In this document: piece by piece, positions 1 through 9,756 of the stretch
How the letters are laid out: each line of letters begins with the position of its first letter
Position numbering within the stretch: the stretch's first letter is position 1
Origin: Massalongia carnosa
Taxonomy: Eukaryota
Reading direction: 5' to 3'
DNA: 64,000 bases
Assembly (NCBI GenBank): GCA_965645245.1
Contig: OZ287081.1
Coordinates: 310,001 to 374,000 of the forward strand
Program-made: the position numbers and the translations under genes
The notes under the pieces: model-generated
Database searches by the model: none
Seen by the model: the letters and a program-made list of their open reading frames with translations, nothing else
What the model was told of the DNA's origin: nothing

Positions 1-1394
1 ATCCTCGCCCACCATGGCCTTCAACGTTTGTATCATCTCGCGGAACTGCGTCTCTGCCATCCCTGGCGGGAAACGCTGTTCCGGCACCGACCGGCCTTGT
101 TCGAAGACACGGTCATGAGCCTGCTGCACATCATGGTCGTCGTATTGCTGGACCATCTCTGGGGGGTGGAACGACGACGGTGGGACGACACACTCTGGGT
201 GGGTTCCTCGATCGTGGGTGTCGATGTTGTGGGCATGCTTCTCCACGAAAGTCGTTCTCCCGCCACGGGACTCTGCCTCTGCGCGTACCCGGCCGATGAT
301 GGGTTTTGGATGCCAGGTGTCCTGATTGGATTGTGCGGATCGGAGGGCGTTCCCGCATGAGAATGGCGTCCTCCGTGCTTCGGTCGTGCTTGTTCGTCTT
401 GTGCGTCGACTATGGCTTTTTTCCGGAAAGCCGTCTGTACGGAGTACCGCGGACAGCATCTGTTCCCCGTTCCTCGTCGCTTTACGATCGGGGGACCACC
501 AGCGTGGGCTCTCTGATTGACTCTAATACCGCATGGTGATGACATGGCCGACTTGCAGTACCGAGAACTCTTTTCGATCGATCTTCGGCACTTCGTCCCG
601 TCATGATCTCGGGCGTGATGAGTTCACGATGGTGGACGCGAGTAAGAACTGAGATGAAGGGCCAACGCGGATGTAGAGTATTCTGTACATTTGGCATTTA
701 ATCTCTCATAAGTACGTGAAACGCTCACGTATGTCCGAGTTTATACGAATGCAAAGTTTCGAATATGCATCGACGCATTCAAGAGCGGTACTCTGCATTG
801 ATATAGTGCATCCTGGATGATCTACATCGATGTGGTGTTTCCACAGGTTACAAACTCGCTTTGTCAGCAGCATCGATACGATTTGAGGACTAGCTCGCGA
901 TCAAACGAGGATTAGTACGCGTCGTGGTTCCCACGACATCAAAAGAAAAATCCGAAAATGCGAACGATATCGGAATAAAGAAGCTATCGTGATGTGCGGT
1001 AATCATCGATTTCACGTGGTCCAATCGATACACGCAGATGATCGAGAACAATCAAGATCGTAATAGCCAGGGTGCACGGGATTCCGATTCGAAAAACTCG
1101 TACTCGGTATAATCGGATGACACTCATGGCTCATATCTCACGGCGGGGTGCCTCACCAGGATATGAAGCGGAGCGGATGGGCTTGCATGACTGCATTCGG
1201 AGAACCCGCCAGCATGACGGTGGATACCGCCTGGATAGTTACCGGTGTGAAGCACACATTCGGCCTTCGCGTACGGAGTCAGCGGTGGTGATGAAGTTAT
1301 ATGAGCGTTGGTCCTGGAGTCGGTGATCACCTCGTTATATCATCTTACCATTCCGTCATTCCTCGTCTCCGCCTAAGGGACGTGTCGGTTCGAC

Positions 1395-3371
1395 ATGACG
1401 GTGTCATTCTCACCGAGCCTACCCAATGAGCCCATATTCCGCAGGCTCGTGGAGAATAGCAAATGGATGCGACATGTGATCATTCACGATCCGTCCTGTG
1501 GAGTCGATGCCACATACCCGCAATTACTACACGACATTCTGGCGCTGCGTCAGCGTCTATACAAATGCCTCCCCGTGTCGATGTGTGACGAGAAGGGGAG
1601 AATCAAAGCAGAGACTCCGTACGTTCTCATTCTCTCGCGAGGAAACTACGAGTTTATTGTGGCTGCCTTCGCCGTGCTGGCCATCGGGGGGGCCTTGGTG
1701 CCACTAGGTAAGTGGATGACGGCGGTTGTGGGTGTCCCATTGTTCTCTCGATGCAATGAAATGAGAATGATGCTAAGTGCATGTCGTCTGGCAGCACCGG
1801 ACATTTTACCGGAAGAAGCCCTACACTTTCTACGCAAGTGTGAGTCGGGAGTGATCTTGGCAGGTTCGCCATCGTCGCAACGGGCGACAGAGATTCAACA
1901 ATATGCCGACGTCCACGGTCACCAGATCATCATTCAACCGATTGCGACGAGGAGATGGTCATCCCTCGTCCCCGCAACGGCCCTGACCATCGATGTGGAC
2001 GAGGAAATGACGATAGCGCCCACGCGCCCTAGCCTCATACTATTCACATCGGGAACTACCGGGCCACCGAAAGGAGTGGTGCACTCCAGGCGCTTTTTCT
2101 ACCATGGCTATGGAACATCGGATGGGGATGTATTCCTGACGCATCGCCCCGTGCATTGGATCGGTGGATTGCGTTCCATTCTCAACTTGGTCATCAGTGG
2201 GACGAGGCAGGAGATGATCGAGGCACAAGCGGCGGTCATCTGGGAGAGACTGCGCCGAAAAGGGGTGACGATGTTGTGCTGCGTGATCCCGATGTGGTGG
2301 AAGCTAATGGAACATTTTCAAAATGAATTGAGTCGGCTGCCAGTGGCGGTATTAAATGAATACATCCGTGGTGCTCGCGGCATTCGGGTGGCTCGTCTGG
2401 GTGGAGCATCACCCACGCCGTCGTTGCTCCAATTCTGGCGGGAGACGATTGGAATTCCTTTGGAGGTATCGTATGGGTGCACGGAAACGGGTGGCCCAGG
2501 CATGTTAACAGATAGCTCGACGGATCGACGTCTTGAGGTAATGATGCAGCAAGTTTCGCGACCGCCTCATTGCTCACGAACCCCGTGCTAATCATGTGTT
2601 CTCGCATCTAGCGCTGCTTAGGCAAGCCCGAAAGTGGCGTTACCGTCAAGTTATCCGATGGCGATCATGGCGAGCTCTTGATCAAGACTTCATTCTTATT
2701 CTCGCAGTACGTACCACTCGTCCGGCCACGTAGGGATAGCGTGTGCTGATCACATGCACAGCTATCTCGACGATGAGAAAGCCACGCAAGCCGCGTTTAA
2801 TAGCGACGGGTTTCATAAAACAGGGGATTATGTACGTTGTGTTGACGGAGAGTATGTTATTGACGGCCGAGCCTCCACCGATTGTAAGTACATCGATCGC
2901 TGGTATCGCCAAGCTCCTTTTCCTAGTCGGTACTAATGGTGGACAGTTGTCCGATATCACGGCTTCAAAGTCCCCATTCTTGAGGTGGAAATTCGTCTCA
3001 TGGAGCTTCCTTTCATCTCAGAAGCCTGTATAGTATCGATTCCGGACAAAGATGCCTCGACGCGTGTGGCTGCTCTGGTGCGCTTCCATCAAGCTTTCTC
3101 GAGTGGAAATCTCCTCACGGTGAGAAAGCATCTATCCGACCATTTGCTGCACTACAAGCTGCCGACTGCACTGCGTGTGTTGAGAAAGGGAGAAGCAATT
3201 CCCTTGACTGTCTCGGGTAAGATCATCCGAAGACGAGTGGTGGAACTGTATTTTCCACTCACGGGGGCTGGTCACTTACCAGCGGATGTCGAATTATGGG
3301 ATATTCACGACGAGCAGAAAAAGCATGGGCCGCGCAAAGCATGGGACTGGGCTGGGCTACAGGGCTGTTGA
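1395..3371 (+). CDS. Adenylate-forming (AMP-binding) acyl-CoA synthetase-like enzyme, 5 exons
   Basis: Motifs LILFTSGTTGPPKG, SYGCTETG, GFHKTGD, IDGR and PLTVSGK. Introns 1708-1794, 2538-2611, 2707-2761 and 2884-2946 have GT/AG ends and join the separate ORFs into one frame. Confidence 0.9.
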
Positions 3372-3502
3372 AATCGATGATGCAACCAGCCGCGCAGCCA
3401 TAACAACGGTGCACTGCCCCTGTATCTTGGCGAGATTTCCCAATTCCAGAGCCTATGATTAGAGACCTTTGCCGATGCTGTCTGTTGTCCTAGGAAGGGC
3501 CA

Positions 3503-3961
3503 TGTTATGTTGTCTTCAACGGGTTAGCAGAGAGATGGATTAAATTTTGTACATCGATACATCGAGGGAACACAAGCATTGAATCCAAAACATAAAGCAA
3601 CAAAAATGTGGTAGAAAGGAAAAAGTATCGTGGTTGGAAAGCCGATTGGGATTCATTCCGACTCGTGGTGCATGTCATGAGAGACCCAGGGGAAAAGCGC
3701 GCAGCACGAACCCACTGCATAATGAAGCAATGACATTGCGAAAATGCATGTCGAAATCATGACAAAGTCAAGACAAAGTCAATAGGAGAATCAGAGCCAA
3801 CGACGTTCGAATGTGAGTTAATTTTAATTATTAGAAGTGATAGATGAATCTTTTCGTTCTTTTACTCCTTTTCTCCTTGTCCAACGTCTTGTCTAATATA
3901 ATTAGACAATCAAGTCTCACGTTCGCCTCACCTAGTTACTATTTGTTCTCGCGTCGTGACA
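3503..3961. mobile_element. Probable degenerate solo LTR (gypsy-type)
   Basis: Ends TGTTATG...CGTGACA, i.e. canonical TGTCACG/CGTGACA with two C>T changes. Flanks GGCCA/GATCA differ only by transitions. Confidence 0.5.
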
Positions 3962-4005
3962 GATCATACATATTGCTGTTGTTATATCATCAAACGATTA
4001 TAGTG

Positions 4006-5616
4006 ATTTATCTATTCAGCAATTTACATATACGAAGAAAAGAAATTTTTCGGGAAAGAGCTCGTAGGACATGACTTTATGGTATACTCAAATCAACGCA
4101 TGAATGAAATGTGTCTATCAAGAACTTCTTGTCTTCATAGTTCTCATTTTTCTCTGGTCACGATCTCGTCAGCTAATCGATCAATCAACAAATCAACAAT
4201 CGAAAATCATTTACTATTCTATTCTTTTTTATCTACATGCACCGCCGTTCGCCAAACCTTTCCTATACAGTGCTCATTTAACAGCCGCAGCATCCCCATG
4301 CTCCCTACATAAAAATGGCTTGCCGTCTGATTGTTTGCTAGCTTCCATAGCTTCAACTCCGCCGGCCTGGTCATTCGCTCGATCTGCTGAGTAGAAGAGT
4401 GAGTGACTGGGCCTATCAGCCATTGATAATCCTCCAAATATATCAGATCATCAGGCATTATCTGATCGTCTCTTCGACACGCCCACACGAAACGCCGCCA
4501 CTCCTCTCCGTAAAGCTCCTTTGCCGACGCGGTAAGATGCTGGGGCACCGCTACGTGTAGAATTTCGACGGGAACCACGTTCCCGTCCACGAGCGCCTGC
4601 GCCCACTGCGCATATTTCCACGCCACTTCATAATTCTTGGTCAAATACACCCCACGAAAACTCTGCGAGAAATCTCCAGGTGGAGTACTGCCAATTGCGG
4701 CAAAATTCAGCCGTCCATCGGCCATGAACAATTTGTCAAGCCGTGGACGTGCAGCTCCCTTGAGCAGCATAACGTGCCCTTCTAGTTGCTTGGGAGGATC
4801 ATCGGCGACGGTCGCCAGTGTGGGCTGGGGTACGTTGAACGATCCAAGTTCTAGGCCTTTGCCAGCTTGACTGGAGACACGAGGAGGGATCGCGGGAGCA
4901 GGTTGCGTGCTGAAGGAGCCATGAAAGGCCGGCTTGCTTGATTTGCGGCCGAGGGTACTCGTGGATGGGGTTTGAATCACGCTGTCAAGAGTTAGAAGGA
5001 AGTCATAACGGATCTCCATCATCTCGTAAATCCACTGCTTGAGTGAGCCAGAAAGGCGCATTTCCATCACGTCGTTTTTCATGATGCGCGCTTGAAAGTT
5101 ACTGCTCATCCCAATGCGCCTCATAATCTCGACCCAATCGTCGAGATCGGTGATGGCATTCCCTTGAATGCTATTCACATAACGCTTTGCCGAATTTAGT
5201 ATGCTGGCGCGATAAGGGAATTCATTCTGTCTCTCCAGGAATTGTTGCCATACTATCCCCGCGGTTGTCTCGTTGAGCTCGAGAAATCGCAATGTCTCTA
5301 AGCTTTCCAGTTCATCTGGGATTAGAACCGTGGCTTCGGAGTCAAGGGAATTCGCTGTGACATATGATGTGTTTGATATAGCCCGATATCCTTCATGTTG
5401 GCCAGCCTCTCCACGAGCACGAAGGATCTGAATAGATTGCAATGAAAGCACTTTAAGGCTTGAGCAAGACGATGTAGAGGTAAGCGTGCCAGCCATCCTA
5501 TTAACAGCGAAAGTTGAACTGTTTGCAAAGTTCACAATCTAGTAATCTCGAAGACCTTCACAAGTTCGATGACAGAGTGCTTTGCAGAACTAATTAGTAC
5601 GTAGATAAAACACTTC
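4006..5616. repeat. Segmental duplication, copy 1 (partner 15506-17344)
   Basis: Homology starts at ATTTATCTATTCAGCAATTTACA in both copies and ends near ...CACTTCT. Confidence 0.9.
4219..5496 (-). CDS. Hypothetical protein with C-terminal ADP-ribosyltransferase-fold/DUF3990-like domain, copy 1 (5' end uncertain; short upstream exons to ~5645 possible)
   Basis: Long ORF with GDFS..GVYLTKN...A..YA and DYQWLIGP motifs. Near-identical paralogue at 15946-17223. Confidence 0.75.
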   Translation of the reverse strand: MAGTLTSTSSCSSLKVLSLQSIQILRARGEAGQHEGYRAISNTSYVTANSLDSEATVLIPDELESLETLRFLELNETTAGIVWQQFLERQNEFPYRASILNSAKRYVNSIQGNAITDLDDWVEIMRRIGMSSNFQARIMKNDVMEMRLSGSLKQWIYEMMEIRYDFLLTLDSVIQTPSTSTLGRKSSKPAFHGSFSTQPAPAIPPRVSSQAGKGLELGSFNVPQPTLATVADDPPKQLEGHVMLLKGAARPRLDKLFMADGRLNFAAIGSTPPGDFSQSFRGVYLTKNYEVAWKYAQWAQALVDGNVVPVEILHVAVPQHLTASAKELYGEEWRRFVWACRRDDQIMPDDLIYLEDYQWLIGPVTHSSTQQIERMTRPAELKLWKLANNQTASHFYVGSMGMLRLLNEHCIGKVWRTAVHVDKKE

Positions 5617-6009
5617 TCAAGGTTAGAGAAGTAGACTTACCTCATTCGCCTAACGATTTGCAGGCAGTTGTCTATAGACTACGAGAAGTATGATTGGTTA
5701 TGGGGCGTTTGTGACACAGTCAGAAGAGATTGAGCTTGCAGAGCGTTATGGCGTGCTATGAAGTCATACAGTAGCTTCAATCAAGAAAGGGTCAGATTGG
5801 CGAGAACAAGACTTTGTATCTGTGTTGGAATACTCGCTTAGCTCATTAGCTTTAGCTCAATCTTAGCCCTGCTGGATGTGTTGAACAAAAAACCAACCAG
5901 GCATACGGCAGCGGGATGCTGGAGAAGAGGGTCTAGGGCTATCAAGGATAGGCAAAGAGAAATGCTTGACAAACGTGATACAGGTACTCCGTATTTCCAA
6001 TGAAGATAC

Positions 6010-6290
6010 TGTTGAGTTGCACTGCCCTCGTTCTGGAAGCTTCAATGCTTAATCAGCTGAATGTATATTAGCCGCTCTTCTCTATAGATGTTGAAATATC
6101 CTATTACTGGTCACCCCCTTCTAAGCGAGGTGATGTTATCTTATCTTGGAACTAAGCCTAATGCGGCATCTACGGTTTCCGTAGATGATCTGTCCATCTA
6201 GGCAGCCGTATGGTAGCAGGTAGGTACTGATAGGTGTTCATTGTGCTGGTAGGAATTGGATATTCAATAATAGAACAATCAATTTCAACA
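6010..6290. mobile_element. Short solo LTR, family A, interrupted by a family B solo LTR
   Basis: TGTTGAG...TTTCAACA with perfect TSD GATAC (6005-6009 / 6291-6295). An uninterrupted relative lies at 17593-17701. Confidence 0.8.
6089..6269. mobile_element. Solo LTR, family B, nested in the family A LTR
   Basis: TGTTGAAATATCC...GGATATTCAATA with TSD ATAGA (6084-6088 / 6270-6274). The empty site is visible in the 17.6 kb family A copy. Confidence 0.8.
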
Positions 6291-6457
6291 GATACTCCAA
6301 ATTTAGCTATCTGCTGAACTGAATTCTGAACGACTGAATAGCTAAATTACATGAGAAATCACCGCCTCTTTATACTGCTTGAAGGCCTTCATCTCAACCT
6401 ATATCAAATGCATGAACCTGCTTCCTTTGAACCTTTTCAGCTGAGCAAAATACATTT

Positions 6458-6599
6458 TATTGCTGACCGAAGACATCGAGACACTCAGTGATCATGAACA
6501 GCTGAATTGCCTTCGAAATGTAGCATTTTTGCTGCATACCTTTGCCTCTTCGTAATTGCCGAAGTCGTGCTGATATCTGAAGCTTTTCGCATATAGCAT
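6458..6599 (-). mobile_element. Distal part of the copia 3' LTR split by the gypsy insertion
   Basis: Minus strand ends ...CAGCAATA (CAACA with a transition) and is contiguous with 13702-13780 once the gypsy is removed. Confidence 0.45.
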
Positions 6600-6604
6600 A
6601 TGAT

Positions 6605-6776
6605 AGTGGTAGTATGGCGTCTAGAGAGACCAGATGGTCTGCACCTTCCAAGGCTGGCACCTTCCTATTTTAGTTAGTTAGCTTAGACTAGTGCTGGTAA
6701 AACCAGGCCTTTTGGCCTGGGAGAAATATCATCTGCTTTCTACCTTCAGAACGCTTTTCGGGTCCATGGCTTTTCT
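6605..6776 (+). repeat. 5' LTR (AGTGG...TTTCT)
   Basis: Direct repeat of 13525-13696 and 17873-18043. Contains hairpin CCAGGCC-TTTT-GGCCTGG. Confidence 0.95.
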
Positions 6777-6793
6777 GGCGACCACGGTGCGAT
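6776..6793 (+). promoter_or_regulatory. Candidate tRNA primer-binding site
   Basis: TGGCGACCACGG begins on the last base of the 5' LTR; TGG is complementary to tRNA CCA. Confidence 0.6.
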
Positions 6794-6951
6794 GCTGAGA
6801 GAAGCCTTGATAGTAGACGTTGTATAGAGAAGTACCAGCGCAAGTATCCAGTCCCAAGTTGTCCGAGTTCCACCCAGTCAGAGTCCCATTCATCTCCCAT
6901 ATTCACCTCAATTCCTCCAACCTCCTCATCCTTACCTGAAGAGAAGTCAAG

Positions 6952-9756
6952 GTGGCACACCCAGACTCACTATACGAAGAACTAGTCCGATACCTACTCT
7001 CACTCCCAGGAAACGCCCCATTCAGTCCACCTAGTCCTATCCACATCATGGCTAATATTCCAGACCCCACCTTCAACTTTTGTGGCTGCTTCTCCGGAAA
7101 AGGTAACATCTCGGCAGCAAGATGGCTCAAGAAGCTGGAGTATGAACTCACCCCACACCGGGTAGATGGCATGGTTCCTCCATCGAAACTCCTAGAATGC
7201 ATCAACCTCCTACTCACCGACGAAGCTGCCGAGTGGGCAGAGACGAACCCAGATGCCGCTCGTCTCCTTGGAGATGAAAAACCCACTGCCGAAACTGCCT
7301 TTGCCTTCCGGAATTTGTTTCAGGAAAGATTTCCTGCAAGATCCATTGACTTATCCACAGTCAGCTTTGACATAGAGCTCAGTGAGCTCAAACAGAGACC
7401 AGACGAGCCCATCTCCTCCTACTATAAGCGGTTTACAGCCCTTATGCTTCGTGTGGGAGCCAGGGATCGTCCAGCGGCTGGCCTGGCTGTCCTTTCCCTT
7501 CTGGAATCCGCCACCTTGGACGTGATCATGAAGGCGTTTGTCAAAGGTTTGTTTGATGACGAGGTTCGGAAAGACACGATCCGTGGCCTCACCACCACAG
7601 GCCGGTCCCTCCGGGGGCTCTGCACGTTGGCTGAAGATGCCGACAGAGCCAAGAAGGAACTTCATAAGTTACTTGACGAGGAGCACAAGACCCGGGAGCT
7701 AGATTTCTATCGAGACGTAGTTAGGCAGAATATGGCTCAGGAGAAAATAGAATCCCTCCTAGCTACATACCGGGCACAACCTGTTCCAAAGGAATGGGCT
7801 TTCGATAACCCATTCGAAAAGCCATCACTCACCCCACAAGTTGCCAAACCAGCACCTTTGGGAGAGACGTCCGGAAACTCCACGCATCGGCCCAAGCCCA
7901 ACAACCAGTCATATTACCCCCGACCATACTCAGGAAATGGAGACAGACGTTCCCAATTCCATAGACCCCAATCCAAGGATCTTCCGAGTAGATCCACCTC
8001 ACTCAATAAATACATCAATGGGTCCCGGACATGGGGGACTGGAGATGGACCTTTGTGCGTCAAGTGTGGGGAAATTGGGCATATGTCTAGGGAATGTTCC
8101 GGCACTGTGCTCCCAGCATGGGAGCAATCATACCTCAAGAGCATAGTGTTTGGAGATAATCCACAGTCGAACTTCTGTGCGGCTGGATTCGGAAGTTATG
8201 ATGGCAACACACAACCCTATGGAACATCGAGAAACTTCCAAGCCTCATCTTCCTCATTTGCCCCATCATCATCAAAGACTGGAGAAAGTCCCAGCTCGTG
8301 CTCCATCTCCTATGGCATAGCCGAGGATGTGAGTTATATCCTTCCTGTTAGATCATCATCAGTAGATGCTATGTATGGCGAGGGATCTGGGCCTAGCAAG
8401 AGGCCTCACATGGAAGATCCAAGGCCACGGACAATGGATGTTCCTGACAACACATCTGGAGTACCTGGTCCATCCTTTCCTTCCGGAACCCGTACGAAGA
8501 AGAAGGGTCAAAAAATGGTGGGTAAGAAATCCGAACCCCAACCACTGGTTGGGATGTTCGATGATTCCATTGGGACATATGAGAAACCCATCTCTGTTCG
8601 TCAAATGTTGAGGGAGAGTAAGGTAGATATGTCCTGGATGGACTGGATGGCTTGGTCCCCCGAAGCATGCAAGGAAATGAAGCGTCTGTGTACCAAGGTG
8701 ACCAAAAGACGCATTCCAAAGGCAAAAGCTGGGCAAGGACCCGGAACCAACAAGAGCACCCCCTTCAATCCAACTTTCCCGCCCCGATCCACTCTGCCCT
8801 CTTTGCCTTCTATGTTTCCACTTCAAGCAACCCAGCCGATGTTCCATCCAACTGGACAATCCCAGAACTACAATCAGCCAGTCCAGTACGCTCCAGCCAA
8901 CCAAGTACATCCCCAAACATATCATACAGTACAACAACCAGTCCAGGCTACAGCAGTACCCCAGCAGGCCCCACCAGCCCCCCCTATCCCAGTTCAGCCT
9001 CAGTACATCCCGGTCGTCCAGCCCACAACCCAACAATTCCAGACTCAAGACATTGGGAATTCCGGGGAGGTGTTGAGCGTCGAAGCCGATGGCCAAACCC
9101 AATTCCTTAAAACATTGAGAGGTGTGGAAAAAGCATTCAGGATAGAATGTACCATCACATCAGGGACTGGAACATCCATGAACCCAGGAAAGGCCATCAC
9201 CCAGGCGGACCAAGGGTCAGAAATGAACGTCATCTCCGACTCCATACGAGCCCAGATAGGTGCTCCGAAAAAAGCACTATCTGACATTGGGTTTCATGGC
9301 CTCACTATGCGCACTGCAGACCATAGGGATACCCGCCTGGATTATTGGACCGAGTTCACAATTACCACATCTGGGATCTCTCGGTTAATAAGGTGCTTCA
9401 TAGCTCCTCGGGTCACCATCGCTGGATCATCCAGGTCCGGACACTTCAATCTCTTACTAGGGCTTCCATGGCTATTCAGCGTAAATGCACACATATCTAT
9501 CAGAGAGTCAAAGATTACAATAGGAGACCCTGCAATGGGAGAAACCATGCGAGATATCATCGGCCCGGAAATGGTGTTCTGTACAGAACACACTTTAATA
9601 ATGTACCCATTAAAAGCATTTCCAGAGACAGAAAAATCACGTCCAGCCTCCGAAAAAGATTCCGAATCATCCGAGGATGATGAGGACTCCGACTCGGGGG
9701 AAGACCTCTCAGAATTCGAGGATGTGGTGCCAGTACGTGTTTTTGACAGGTCCTAA
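6952..9756 (+). CDS. Gag-protease polyprotein (first ATG at 7048)
   Basis: Retrotransposon gag-like segment (ELKQRPDEPISSYYKRF), zinc knuckle CVKCGEIGHMSREC, and aspartic-protease-like ADQGSEMNVIS ... LLLGLPWL. Confidence 0.9.
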   Translation: MAHPDSLYEELVRYLLSLPGNAPFSPPSPIHIMANIPDPTFNFCGCFSGKGNISAARWLKKLEYELTPHRVDGMVPPSKLLECINLLLTDEAAEWAETNPDAARLLGDEKPTAETAFAFRNLFQERFPARSIDLSTVSFDIELSELKQRPDEPISSYYKRFTALMLRVGARDRPAAGLAVLSLLESATLDVIMKAFVKGLFDDEVRKDTIRGLTTTGRSLRGLCTLAEDADRAKKELHKLLDEEHKTRELDFYRDVVRQNMAQEKIESLLATYRAQPVPKEWAFDNPFEKPSLTPQVAKPAPLGETSGNSTHRPKPNNQSYYPRPYSGNGDRRSQFHRPQSKDLPSRSTSLNKYINGSRTWGTGDGPLCVKCGEIGHMSRECSGTVLPAWEQSYLKSIVFGDNPQSNFCAAGFGSYDGNTQPYGTSRNFQASSSSFAPSSSKTGESPSSCSISYGIAEDVSYILPVRSSSVDAMYGEGSGPSKRPHMEDPRPRTMDVPDNTSGVPGPSFPSGTRTKKKGQKMVGKKSEPQPLVGMFDDSIGTYEKPISVRQMLRESKVDMSWMDWMAWSPEACKEMKRLCTKVTKRRIPKAKAGQGPGTNKSTPFNPTFPPRSTLPSLPSMFPLQATQPMFHPTGQSQNYNQPVQYAPANQVHPQTYHTVQQPVQATAVPQQAPPAPPIPVQPQYIPVVQPTTQQFQTQDIGNSGEVLSVEADGQTQFLKTLRGVEKAFRIECTITSGTGTSMNPGKAITQADQGSEMNVISDSIRAQIGAPKKALSDIGFHGLTMRTADHRDTRLDYWTEFTITTSGISRLIRCFIAPRVTIAGSSRSGHFNLLLGLPWLFSVNAHISIRESKITIGDPAMGETMRDIIGPEMVFCTEHTLIMYPLKAFPETEKSRPASEKDSESSEDDEDSDSGEDLSEFEDVVPVRVFDRS

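Noticed and set aside
28..697. Overlapping ORFs at the window start
   Set aside because: May be the 5' part of a minus-strand gene running out of the window, but no recognisable domain or reliable start.
8359..9102. 247-aa antisense ORF in the gypsy, and similar shadow ORFs over PEX5 and other genes
   Set aside because: Explained as antisense shadows of real coding sequence.
9733..9749. GTACGT...TGACAG as a micro-intron joining gag to pol
   Set aside because: Only 17 nt long, and its removal gives the wrong frame.
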